From contig OZ316896.1 in assembly GCA_973895155.1 (NCBI GenBank), positions 16,533,752-16,597,751 of the forward strand: a DNA stretch of 64,000 nucleotides, in the 5' to 3' direction. The notes beneath the pieces were generated by a model. That model did no database searches and was not told the DNA's origin. It worked only from the letters and a program-made list of their open reading frames with translations. A program made the position numbers and the translations under genes. Origin of the DNA: Marsupella aquatica. Lineage: Eukaryota > Plantae > Marchantiophyta. Shown one piece after another: positions 39,950-53,000 of the stretch. The stretch's first letter is position 1. Each line of letters begins with the position of its first letter.

Positions 39950-40653
39950 ATATTGGGGCAAGCCGTTGCCGAGGCACACAAGTACCCCAAGCCAAAGATC
40001 TACAATGAATTGTTCAAGCTTGAGTACATTGTAGCATCTCAGGACATGCCAAATATGAATTTCAGAATCTTCCAATCATGGTGCAAACCCTTTGAAAGTT
40101 CTCTAGACTTCATTGTTGTGACTTGGAAGTAATGCAAAGAGATGCTTGGCATATTCTTGATAAGCTACTGTGCAACTCCTCGTTTGGGTAAAAACAAATC
40201 ATTTCAGGAAACAATGAGTATATTATTCTTCTTCACATTTTTAAATTTGATAAAGTTAGATATATTACAAACTCAATGTTTACACCAGGATGTTTGAAAT
40301 ATATATGGCGAAATTGTTTGCATATTTCAAAAGGTCCCCAAAATATTTATTAACAACCCAATTATTTTAATAATAATTGATTTATTGCACGAACGTGGAT
40401 GGCACTACGGTATTGATGAAATCACGATTCAAATTATTAGGGGAGCCAAGGTTTGAGGTGCAGATCAATCGCAACTTGTAATCAGAACTCTCACATGGAA
40501 AGTCAAATTATAGTGGAAACTGACATGCACAATTCGTAGCAAGACATCAATAATAGATTGGTCATAATTATGCCACCATCAATGTTTTTCAAAAATACTT
40601 CCTAATAATTATGCTCCAAAGACAATAATGACAAATCCAAGTTGAAGTTCGAC

Positions 40654-40698
40654 CAGAGAGGGTCCACCAGTCCATCAGAGAGGGTCCACCAGTCCATC
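40654..40698 (+). repeat. 22-bp perfect tandem duplication
   Basis: cagagagggtccaccagtccat x2. Confidence 0.85.
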
Positions 40699-43553
40699 AT
40701 CTCAATTTAATCTGATGGACGCCTTTAGATGCTCTGAGATCTTTGCTCTGCAGCAACTGTAGATCTTCACACTTTGCAGAGTCTGATTTTTTAGTATGTT
40801 GTTGTGCTTCTTGAAGCTTTTTGTTTTGGAAACGGAAAATACGACCGAACTTCGTACATTATAACAGTGAACTTTAATGGGTCCTTTACCGGGCCCGACG
40901 ATGTCCACCGTGAACGAGCCGTCACAGCAGCCATCGCCAGGCATGCCGTTGACAGCAGCTGACCGCGTTGTGATTTCACTGCAGAGAGTACTGTCTTGTA
41001 CCTCGAGCCAAAGAAAGTCGCACTTCCAACTAATGGGGGCGTGCGCCATCAATTTTACACACAGAGGCTATGAAATCTCCTCAAATAATTTATCTTTCTA
41101 GTCCAGCAATTCTGCTGCAGATGCATGCACAATTTTCACATCCATCCCATGCAGAGCCTTGTGATGAGACCATCATTACACAAAACAATTCCCCAGTTCG
41201 GTACAGTACAAAAGACACAGTCGCTCGCGTACCTCCACTTCAATGTCCTCCTGCAATCTTGCCGGTAATTTTCCAGCAGGACCAGAGTGACTAATCAATA
41301 GCGTGAACCGAAGGAAGAAAAGAGGGTCACCGTCCACCTGTGAGATCGGATGATGTTCAGACTTCAGACACTCTGGTGCTCATCTGAAGTGTATCTTGTG
41401 AGTGATGACTGAGTGTAAAGTGAGAGATTGTGTTCAGGCTTAGCAGTGTCTCAAAGTGCCTTTCTTTTCTGAATGGAAACCTCAAGGGCGCGAAAATGGC
41501 GTGAGGGATAAACCCTAAGTGCCTGATCACTTTTTTCACCTTTAATACTCGAAAATTGCATCCCTCTGGTTGGAAAGAACTTCGTAATCAGCAGGCGAAT
41601 GCAATTTCCTTCAGTGGACAGACTACCTCTTGATTCAACGGCCCAGATGGGAAAGGTATGCGAGTATTCCATTTGTTGTCAACTGAAACTCAAAAGTACA
41701 GTCCCCTGGCGTGGTATTTATTGTGACCAAGTCTGCAGTGGTCAGTTCTTCGGGGAGTGGTATGACCAGGATTAGTGTAACGCGTATGCAGTCTCGTGTG
41801 TACCGAGATCTGAATTCTGAAGTCTGGATGGGTATAATAGACATTACTATTTGTAACAACCTGTGTACAGTAGCGAGCAATAACTTACTGATCGACGACC
41901 AAGGAGTCTTCCACCCCATCATGCATTCCAACAGGAAAGTAACCTTTAATCAAATGACGATTCTGACAATTTGGTTCTCACCACTCATTTTAGTCTGAGC
42001 CTGTGGATTGCGATTTCAGGTCAATTAGAATGGTCAAATTCTTCTCGCCTGAAAGGCAGGGTTTTCATTTTCTAGGGTGGTGTGCGGTGTTCAAATGCAG
42101 TTGGATTCGCAGGAGGCAATTGAGTACGTGTGCGTTTAATATTGAAGGAGGTAGTAAAGTCATGAATAGGAACCCCAGAACAGTCTAAAGCTGGTAAATA
42201 CTGTTGTTGCAGAAGCATTTTCAAAAGCAGCAGCACTAAGGATCTTCTCTCGTATCGATCGCATTGCCATTTTTTTCATGGACCTTATCCTGGGCCCTTG
42301 GTTTCATTGTAGCTCTGTTTCCATTGTTTTTGTGGTTGGAGTTCCCAATGTCGCTGCTGCGGCTGATGCGTGTGCTTTTGCTGGAGCTACACGACCTTTG
42401 TACTTTCGTCTCTACAATGTTAATCATTTAGTAAAGTTGATGAGTTTCTTACTTTCTTTAGTGCCCGGGGAAAAACAACGACCATGCAACCACGGTCCGG
42501 CCTGCGGTCATGATGTTGTAGTTGTACTGTTGATCGGAAATCATTGCCAGCAATCTATTGATCAGCTAGTCTCCTACGACCCCAGATGAGTTTGATTACC
42601 GGCTCGAAAAGAATGTCTTGCCTTCATGGTTGTGAGTAGGTTTCATCGTGCGTTCCCTTCTTCGCTTCCAGCTCGACAGCTTCAGTCAGTTTCTCCTCCT
42701 TTGGCCCCTTTTGCCCCAGAGTGATCTAGTGCGGAAGCTGTGGCTGTCATGACGTTCTGCACCGCGGTGTTCCGGTACTCACAATCAGTCGACTAGACAG
42801 TCAATCGGATCGACCTCGTTTACCTTGACTACAGCGATCTTGGTCGATACGATCGTGTCATCCGATATGCAGAATCGGGGAAGACGCATCGACCCATGTA
42901 CGAAAAAACGCTACACAAGGTGCACCGGAGTCAGGCCCAGCCTCTATAGGAATTCGCAATCAGGATTCAGGAGTCTGAGGATAGAAAGTGACGAGAAGAT
43001 GACGCTCGGTATCATGCTACATTCCGATTCCGCACTACATTTGGCCCATCACAAAAGTAATATCATGGCTATAGAAGGGAAGTAAACTGTTGTGAATTGG
43101 GCTGCACAAGACATCCGGGTACCTTGCGACAGTAATTTCTTCTCTGGATATTCAATCAGAGTCACTCGAATTCAACAAACCTTGACCACTGCTCGCTCGG
43201 AGTCCGCAGCAGCCCAGCAAATCAAACAGCCAACATACATTATTTTGACAGTGTCTCCGCCCCAACCCTACTCTAGTCTGGTGTGTCCGGTAACCCGATC
43301 AAGCCCACCATTAATCACTGACCTTCTTGAAACAAGTTCTGTGTCATTACTTCAGCTCCAACGAACTTTTCATAAAATCATAAAATTACAGGTATCATGT
43401 ACCAATTTGTTGTGGCACTATTTCTCGGTGCTCGTGGCTGTGAGCTCTTATTTAAAGCGCTTTCCTCCTCACTGTAGAGTCCCTTCACAAGTTCACAATG
43501 GAGTCGATCAGTATCGACGACGGTGGCGTAGGATCGCTCGAAGGAGGTGAGCA

Positions 43554-43598
43554 CTTTCGACTTTCGACGTTCGACTTTCGACGTTCGACTTTCGACGA
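43554..43598 (+). repeat. 7-bp minisatellite ((T/G)TTCGAC)n
   Basis: ctttcgactttcgacgttcgactttcgacgttcgactttcgacga. Confidence 0.9.
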
Positions 43599-44508
43599 CT
43601 CCTTAAATAATTTTGGAGTTGCAGCAGCATGAAGAGGGGAGGACGGACGAGGAGTTATTAATAAGCTGGGTTATCTCGGGCAAAGGACGCATTGGGACCC
43701 GCGAGGAGGACAGTGGCAGCCGTGCAAATTGTTTGAAAGCGGCTCCAAAAGCACTACAGCACAGATTACAAGGAAATGACGTCGGCATTCCATCTAACTG
43801 CCTTAAATCATGTACTTCCCATTCTACTGTACATCTACATTAACAAGAGTACGGGGGTGATTCCAAATTTTCCACTAGCCGCAGCAGTCGTGGACTAGTG
43901 GCTCAGTTTTTACCGGGTGCGTTCTGTACAGTATTCTTTCGAAAAGGTTGCTGCAAATCCTCATCTTACCGAGCACGGCATCAGGCGCGGTACTTTACAA
44001 CTCTGTGCTGTACTTTACTGTGCAGAACGAACCGATGGAGAATCTTTTTGGGGGCCTGACAGTACCCATGTCTGTTCGTGACATCAGACGCACAGCGAGA
44101 GAGGACAAAAAGCGGTTTTGTTTTTGTATTTTTGATTTGATTTGATTTTGTTTATTAGGGGCTGTTTTTGTTTTTTGTTTTGTTTTTGGAGATGACATTC
44201 ACCTGCCTTTTGGTGTGATGACGTCCCTCCGTGTCGTTTGAATTCTGAGTGTTCTTCCTTAATTAATCAGAGAAAATTTGATTAGAAAATGATGTTACAT
44301 TGTGTTCAGTTTGAATACCTAGTGTTTTGCCATCAGTAGAGATGTACTGATGAATTAGTGTTTCTTGATACTAATTTTATTATAACATGGATGTGTTGTA
44401 CGCATTTTCACAAAGTACTTTTAGGTTAGTTACATCACCTCCATGTGCTTATCCCTAATCGATTGCTAGGCCTTGAGTCGATGATGGTGTTAACACTTGG
44501 GAAATATA

Positions 44509-44632
44509 TGATGGACCCCAAAATGAACGTGTTCCCGTCTGGACCCCATGAGTGATCCAGACCCTTGATCAAGATACCCAAAATTTCATGTGGTTCATAA
44601 GTAGCATTTTTTTTTATCTTAGGGGTCCATCA
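44509..44632. mobile_element. Short MITE-like family with TIR TGATGGACCCC, copy 2
   Basis: tgatggacccc...ggggtccatca; internal ccccatgag..ttgat shared with the copy at 57705. Confidence 0.6.
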
Positions 44633-47031
44633 AGTCTATTTCTCCACTGCCCAATATTCAGCAACTGCACTGAAGTTCTGCTACGTGCAACTTAAACCAC
44701 AAGGACAACAATGTTACTAACACGAATAGGCGTGAATTCATAGCACTTTGCCTCAGTGAATTTTGTGTTCTTCATTTGGCTTATAGAGTACTCTGTGTTA
44801 GTTTGAATCCCAAGTGTTTTGTCTTAATTAGAGACCCTGCACTGGTGTTTAGTCTAAAATGCAGATGTTTTTCTTTAAAGGATGATGTACTCCATGTAAG
44901 TTTGAATCCCTAGCGTTTTGCCTTTAAAATAATGTATTCCCTGCAAGTGTGACTCCCCAGGGACGATGAGTTTTGTGTATGCCTAAGCTCTGAGCAAAAT
45001 TAATATTTTTACCTTTCTAATTATAGTGATATAAAATTAAAAATTAAATTAAAAATAGAAAATCTAGTGATATGGCCTAAATAATTCATCTATATTTTTA
45101 TTTTTCCTTTAAATAATTTTTATAAGTGACAACTTATATATTTAACATCAAAATGTTTAAAATATTATTAAAATATACGCTGTATATGGATTTTCAAAGG
45201 TTAGTAAGCACTACCTAAAATATCGTCTCCAGGACTAAATATTCAATAGTTATTGATATACTGCAATTTAACATGATGTCCCTACAATAGTATCACAAAC
45301 CAGAAAATACCTTACACCTTATTTACCTTCCGTATGAATGTAAGTCTTGTTAGACCACAACTCGTAACTACCGTTCCTCACCTCCAACCTCCTCTCTCAC
45401 CAACCTCGTCTCTCACTTGCCCAACTTGCATTGTTTATGGTTCTCTTGGGAGTCAACTTTGCAACCTTAAAAACTATATATACAGTAGAGAGACTAGCAG
45501 GCAAAGTTGGGGCTATATGTAGGGAGGCTATATAGTTGGGGCTATATGTGTAGAGAGGCTATATACCTGGTTATCCCCCTCCAACCAGGGAGACTTTAAC
45601 CCTTTCTGCGTAGCTTAACCTTTGTTAGGCATGCACAACGTTGCTCGTATTGTTCATACTGGGCTTTCGTGGACTGCCAAAGTTTTTGATTAAATATCAG
45701 CCCCAGTTGTCATCATTTTCAGATTAATTACTACATGGCACATGTTTTTGTCATCGGTTAAAGTACTTAACCCTGGTTAACTGCAGAACATCCTATGGCC
45801 TTAAGATCCCTCAAATTGGAGAATCTGACCTTCCCATCACCTTGGAGCAGGGCGCTGAGGAGCACTTACTGTGACGACAGAGGAGAGAACTCGGGAAATA
45901 GGGAGGCACCATTGGGGGCCAAAACGCACACAAGAGGCAGAACTCTACCCTACATGCCCATGAGGTGGGTGAATCTGATTTGAAGGCAATGGATTATTTG
46001 GAGCTAGCATACTACGCTAGGGAGCTTTCATTGTATTGTTCACCTTCATGCCTACACAAAGCAAGAACCTTAGCTAGAGTTGACTACCAAATCAAGCCTT
46101 GGCTTAAACCATTGTGGAATCTAATATTAAATATTATTGAATCAGATTAATATGACAGAGCTTAAATATTCTTGACATCACTAGTTTTTTGTCAACCTAC
46201 CAAAACGATGATCGTTGTAGAAAAGCCGTGGCTTCAATATTCTCTAGGCCACCTGCAATGAGAGTAATAGAGCCTGCTCCCCACAAATTGTCGAACATGA
46301 AAGGTTACTAGTTTATATCCCTATACTGGGGGCATAGGCTCTAAGGTAATTAACATGGACTATGCACTACTGGAGTGCTTTGGCTGAAAGGGGTTGAATT
46401 CCAACAAATTGCAGTTTAGCCCAAGAAATTGTGACTGACAAGTAAAATGTTACCAAACCATCACCTCCCTCCTCAACTGTTAACCCCGGTTGCAACCTGT
46501 ATATTGCAAAGTTGAACGGAGGAACAGAATAAGGGACTTTTGCAATCGTAACAGTTTTATAGTTAAAACATTTAGCTGTCCAGTGTTGCAAGAAAAGGAA
46601 GGCGTAAATTCTTGGATGGACTTTTGCTGCTCAGATGAAATCTCAGCAACTGTTAAGAGGTGTTCCAGTAAAAGTAGACCTATTTGTAAACGCATGACTT
46701 TGTATGTAGTGGTGCTTGTTTTGAAATCCTTTTTTTAATATATTTGGTCACCAAAAAGGTTCCATACAAATCTTTCATTTCGTGCTTGTGTCATGCTGTG
46801 TCACTTTTTGTCAAGAAAGAGTCACCAGGCATGCCGGGTTAAGCAAGTTAGGGATAGGTTTAATTGTTTGTCCAAAGGTGTACAGAAGAGGCACCGAATG
46901 AGGCGCAAGTATACAGAATGATAGGTTAACTATTCACAACTGTTCTAGAATAGTCTTTTAGTATAGATTCATATACTTTTGCCAGTGCAATACCATCTGG
47001 ATTGTGCTGGATAACCTTAGGAGATGTCCCG

Positions 47032-47365
47032 GAAGATGTGGGAGCATCCTTGTATAGCACACTACCAAAGAAAAAAAGTGTCAAACCAGGTGACAAGGTC
47101 TGGAAAGGAGGAGACCCAATAAAGAGGAGGTAACAGGGGAAAAACCCCAGGAAGACCATCCTTAGTAGTGTTGTCGTCTGGCTGGAGCTGGAGAACATCA
47201 GAAGATGTGGGAGCATCCTTGTATACCAAAGAACAAAAAGTGCCAAACCAGGAGACAAGCTTCTGAAAGCCCCTCTGAAAGCATAGGATCCAATATAGGG
47301 GAGGCCCAAGGGAGGTAACATGAAGGAAAAAAAAACCTTAGGAAGACCATCCTTGTTAGTGTTGC
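47032..47365 (+). repeat. ~170-bp imperfect tandem duplication
   Basis: gaagatgtgggagcatccttgtata..ccaaagaa.aaaagtg.caaaccagg.gacaag..ggaggtaaca..ggaagaccatcctt..tagtgttg occurs twice (47032, 47201). Confidence 0.85.
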
Positions 47366-48705
47366 AACATGGATCAAATACACTGATGAGAAAACAAACG
47401 GTTGACTTCAAGAAATAATAAAACAACAAGTGTAACAAGTTATAGTTTTACTACCTCAAAATAGTAATTATACTCCTGTAAGGTTTCCTTTTTACTTGGG
47501 AATACAGATTTGCACCCAATACCTATCTATATAACTAACCTTAAACAGCAGCTAGAGTTCACTTGGGGTCTAGACTGTGAGCATGAAGCTTCTAGACCCT
47601 AACTCTAGATAAAGACAAAACTAATAAGGACAAAACTGAAAGTGCATATTCAAAACAGGCATGGGGGCAAAGATGCCAAGGGGAAACAACATAGATTCTT
47701 TTGCCAGGTTTTTGTTTGTTTTATCTCTATTTACGTCAATCAGGCTAGTGCTCTAAATGCCCCTAATTCAGAAAAGCAATGCTCAAGTTTTCTGCAAATG
47801 TAATGGGGTGAAAAGGCATGTGAGTACGTCTCTTCCAGCTCAGAGTTAAGTTACACAGAACTGAGTAATAGTAATGTCTAGGCCCCAATGTCTCTTTTTG
47901 CAAACATACGGTGTGACTTTAGGTGTGAGCAGGCCACCTTACACTGAGGGGAGTCAGTGCTAAAGTGTTGCACTCAACTCAGGATCTCCTCTGCCCCTTG
48001 AAGCTGGCTATTGAAGCCCTTGTACTCCAACTGGCCCTCGCCTATGCTATGTTTAACTCAAGCAGTCCAACTTGAGCTCTCCAATGCTCAAGGTGTGTGC
48101 TGCTCCTCAAGCCGCATAGAGCTCTCATGCTGCTGCTACAGTACTTGCACCTCCAGCTTATTTGAGTGCGCTGCCATGGGTGGAACATTATAACCTATGT
48201 GGAAGAACATATTCACTTCTTAACATTCCAAAAAAGATATGGGTAACAAAATGGCAACAAATTCTAAAAATATTGCGCGTGATATTTCTACGAGTCTACT
48301 TTTCTGGGAATTCCATGATACCTAGCCCAAAACTGTGTTTAAAGCTTCTTTCAACGGAAAACAACTTTCTGGGGAATTGTGCTTCGGGTTTCAGGCTGAC
48401 TTGCATGCAATTTCATCTCCTCCCCTTTTCAAAGATGGCCCCAATGTTTTTCAAGCACGCCATTTTTGGAATGTCAAATGTTTGGGCTGGGAGCCGTTTC
48501 TTTTAAACAAATTTATTTTTGCATAAATTATATATACGCCCCTCTCTTACTAAGGCTCGGGCTAAGGCTACAACTACAGTACTACTTAGAATCCCACAAA
48601 GCGCCCAATATGCTCAGGTGGGTTGGTGCAGGATTCCAACATCTCAAACAATACAATCCACTTTGCATAAGTGCATACCATAGTTAAGTGCCCTAAGATT
48701 ATAGC

Positions 48706-48820
48706 GGAAGTAGGCATGGTTGAGGGGTAACTCACTTGGGTAAGGACTCATAGGTCTTGGGTTCAAATGTTGTAACTGGCCCCTTTCCATGGGGTTTCAT
48801 GCATTTCCCCTTATAAAAAA
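48706..48820 (+). mobile_element. Short tRNA-derived SINE-like retroposon (~115 bp) with A-tail and 20-bp TSD
   Basis: Flanked by aagtgccctaagattatagc (48686-48705) and aagtgccataagattatagc (48821-48840), one mismatch; internal A-box-like tggttgagggg and B-box-like ggttcaaat; ends in ttataaaaaa. Confidence 0.75.
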
Positions 48821-50092
48821 AAGTGCCATAAGATTATAGCAGTTTTTTTATGTAAATGCAGCAAAAACCCCTTAAACCTCACTAAACAACAAATACCAAC
48901 ACTCACCAGCTAGATACCAGCATTTCTGTCTATATTTGCTACACATGCATTTATCAGTTACTGAAACTGATACATTAGAAGATTTTGATAAGTGCAACAT
49001 ACAATTGCATTATATAGTTTTGTGGACTTATGCTATTGAGTTGTGCAATATGAGGGCTTGAGGTTTGAGTAGGCCTATGTGTGTGACCTGACAACACACA
49101 TGCGGAAGTGCATATTAATAGATTTTCCATGAACTTACTGGGTCTTCCAACAATGCACATATGGACAAGTGCAGAAATACTAATCTGTGCACTTATAAAT
49201 GTAATACATACAACAGAATTGTGCAGGCTTGGGGTATCTTCCTAGGAACCACTTACACATACTAGGGCATCTCAAATCAGCTGTTTCCCATTTGTTTTCA
49301 GTCAGTCCATATAGGATATTTCTTTCCACAACCCGGGCCACACCTGTGACCTGGGCCGTGACAAATATCCAACTTTTTGGCAATATCAGATACAAGATAC
49401 CAATATACATCTTCAAAGGGGAATCTCCAAGGGATTTAGGAAAGTATATGATTTCATGGGCTACACAACATCATCAGTTATCAGTTTTGATGCTAAAAAA
49501 ATTATGAATCTCAGTTGAGTAGCTGAGATGGGGCCTTTGTGCCTCCGCACATCTCAACTGGGCAGGCAAGATTGACTCAATCTCGGCTGACCTTGCCGAG
49601 ATAGGCGTAAGGACAAAAAAACTGGACACAAAAATAAAAAAACATAGAATCTTGGAAAACCCCACCCATGATCTCAGCTGACCTCTCCAAGATGGGGTGT
49701 ACGCACACCCCAAAGTGAAAAAATTCAAAAAACAATTCTCCCTTAAATTTTGAAAAAAGTTTTAAAAATAAAATTGATTTTTTCTTGCACTGCAACTCAA
49801 CGGCCTCTTTGAGATGAGTTGGCACCTGATATCAAATTGACTGATAGACTGATAAATGACGAGATTACTTGTCTTTGACTCCATACTCAGAGAAGGTTAA
49901 AATGATGTTCAGGCCTGGTCTTTTAGAATGCGTAACATTACTATCAAGTCTCATCAAGTTCAGGGTATTTAATTGCTTTGATGTTTTTGACTATTGTCAA
50001 CATGAGCCAAATCATTACAAAATATTTCATATGCTGACAGACTTATTATATGAAATAAATGGAACAACACATGATGAGGAGCTCAAACAGTA

Positions 50093-53000
50093 TGTCACAC
50101 CATTCTAGGTAGTGTTAGAGTGTATCGTACTATCTAGATCCGTATGTTTGATATGTGTGCTAGATATGAGCCGATAAGGTTTCGTTAGGTTTGTGTGAGA
50201 GGGTAATTCTCTCTTGTGAGGATTGAAAGGTTATCTTTAAATGTTGAGCCTTGGAGAGGGGAGCTTGTGTGGTGACTATGGTGGCTGAGAGCTCTCTCTA
50301 TATAGCGTGGATTCCTTGAGTGCAAGGTGCATTGGCTTGACATATGTGTGAGATCGGATCGGACGGGATTGAGTGCGTTTTGGCATCGATCGTGGTTTGG
50401 ATTCTATTGAGATTACATTGAAAGATCGATCTGGAACTCTGCTACCGTACAGACTGTTGGACAAAGCTTCAATTTTCTGTTTGATTGTGTTTGGCAATGG
50501 TTTGTGGTCTCGGATCGCGTATCGTATTGCTTGTGGATCGCTGGTATGTGGATCCAAGTTAAGATCGTATGAGTTTTATTCTTGAGCGGATCTGGAGTTA
50601 GAGGTTCGACAGATCTGTAGCCTGTATGCAGTGCTAATCAGATTCAGATCACGTTGGTATTGGATCTGTCGACAGTCTGTGTTCCTTGCCTATCGATTGA
50701 CTGGCTGAGATTGAGTGCGACGGTGTTCGATCTGTGCCTTGCCTTCAACCGCTACTGATTTTTGCTTGGACAGTGCATAATTTTGTGAACGATCGAACAA
50801 GCCGGATCAATACTTGTTGTGCCGGTAGTTATTTTGTGAAGGAAACTGAGTTTGAAAGTTGTTGTTTTTGATCAACGACGCCCGTACAGTCGTAGATGCA
50901 GATCTACCATTTTCGTGGAGGAAGCAATTGCAAAATGTTGATGAATTGATTGATTGTTGCTGAGTTGCGATCGTTTGTGGTTATTGTTCCCGACCAGACA
51001 ACTGTCATACGACATTGCCTTTGGGCACAGTGAGGATGCACCGAACCCTGTATTTTTGCACAGTGAGTGCTCTCGAATGTTGCAAAATCTGAATCGAGTC
51101 TCGGCGTAGCGAAGCGTTGCGGGCGTGAAGGGCTCACTCTTTGGCTCATCTCGGCATTTTGAGGCTTTGAGGCAAGTCATGGTTACTCAGGATGAGGGGC
51201 GTGAGAGCGGAGTAGGAGCGGGCGGGCTAGCAAGCCAGCTTGTTGGTACATGAGGAGAATTGCAAGTGCTGCCATTTTGGAGTGGCAGATTTGGTGCATA
51301 ATGACAAGTGAGAGTTCACTCATCCCAAAGCTATTCCTCCCCTCATGCGCTTAACTAGCTAGTTCTTATGTGGTGCATTGTACATGCTTCCTTCCACATT
51401 TGATGTCCAAAGAATGAGTCCCTTAGTAGGGATTTTATCCACTTCTAAATCTATCTAAATACTTTGTTTGAACTCGTTTGCAATGGATTCTTGGGTATTT
51501 GACATTGGATCCTTGAGGCCTATTATGAAGGCCCTACATTGAACATTATGAACATTGTGTGATCAGTTTGTGATCACTCTTGGTGTGGAGAGTTGCTATT
51601 TATCCATTCTTGTTGTTGGACCCACTCCACACACGCTTCCTACCTATGCACCATGTTAGTGTTGTGTGGGCGCTTGATTCCATACGAGTGATTTGGGTTT
51701 GCAACCGAACACTCTAGTTGTGCTATGTATTTCTCCCATGGTGATGTTGGAGTGATGCCTCACAGACCATGGTGAGTGCTTGTGGTGCTGGTAGGGACAG
51801 ACTGCCCCGTTAGGGTTAGCACATAGATTACATTCATGGCTACGGTTTGAGTGATTGGTCATCACGGATTCTTCTGGTGTTGCGGGGCTACCCGATGGAT
51901 GATGGACCGGTTTCACTCGGAGCGGGGTGCATTTTTGGCCATCAACATTGGTAATAGTCAGCAGCGCAGCTTTAGACAATGATTCTAATGAGCTCTGTGA
52001 CCAGTTCTTCTTGTCATCAAGTGATTGCACCTTTGTTGTGGGATATGGAAGAAATGTACGAGGCTACGAAGGGGCCACGGTGGTATACTGGTGGAGCTGG
52101 CATGATTGATCTGGATGACTTCATCCAGGAGTTTGATATGTGGTGCAATATGCAGACATTGCATAATGCCATTGTTTACCCCTTTCATGACATGGAAGGG
52201 ATTATTTCAACATTTGGAGGGGCCACTCATGGATGATTACCATGAGTTTTGGAAGGCTCATTTGGTTGAGATTGAGGCATGAAGGTAGCCTTGGTCACCT
52301 AATTATGTGTCCATCACCTATGGTACTAGTGCGGCTGCCCAACCCATTGCCACAACTACTGCTTTTTCTAGCAGCACTAGCTAGAGTGGCACACCATCCA
52401 CTAGTACCACACTAGCAGCATCCATCGCTACTCCTACTGGTGTGATTGTGAGAGAGACTAGAGCTGCGCTAGCATTTAACTCTGTGGTGGAGTTCTTTGA
52501 GGTACTAAAGCAGAACTATCAGGGTGTGAGAAATGATAAGTTGAAGGGTCTCGAGGAGTTTCAGCACAAGACTGGAGAGAGTCTACGTGAGGCATACACT
52601 CGTATGCGCAGATTGATCACTGTCACCAAGGGAGTGACAAAGGCCCAGGCAGTCCAGTTTTGGTATGCAATTCTAGATAGAGAATTGCGACATAGAGTGA
52701 GAGATGTCACCCTGCTTAGGGATACAGATACCACATTGACAGTTGTTTTTACACTTTCTAAGCGCATTTAGCTCAATATGGTTCATGAGAAAGTGATGAC
52801 TTCCAAATTTGCCAAGGAAGCACCAAAGGCTGCATCTACCCCCACATCACAGCCTACTACATGCAAGAACCAAAGGGAGAAGCCCACTGCACGGGAATCT
52901 ACCAGTTAGAGACCTGTGCCTTCCTATGTTGGACAACAGTCAAGATGTTGGACCTGTGGTGGGGACCATGCACAACAATATTGCCCTGATCATAGAGGGC

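Noticed and set aside
43554-43598. CRISPR-like or iteron-like repeat
   Set aside because: Simple 7-bp minisatellite with no spacers and no cas genes; eukaryotic context.
46926-47438. 170-aa hydrophobic minus-strand ORF as a membrane protein
   Set aside because: It is the antisense reading of a purine-rich 170-bp tandem duplication; no family motif.
48706-48790. Functional tRNA gene
   Set aside because: The A/B boxes are degenerate, no clean cloverleaf is evident, and the A-tail plus TSD indicate a retroposed copy.
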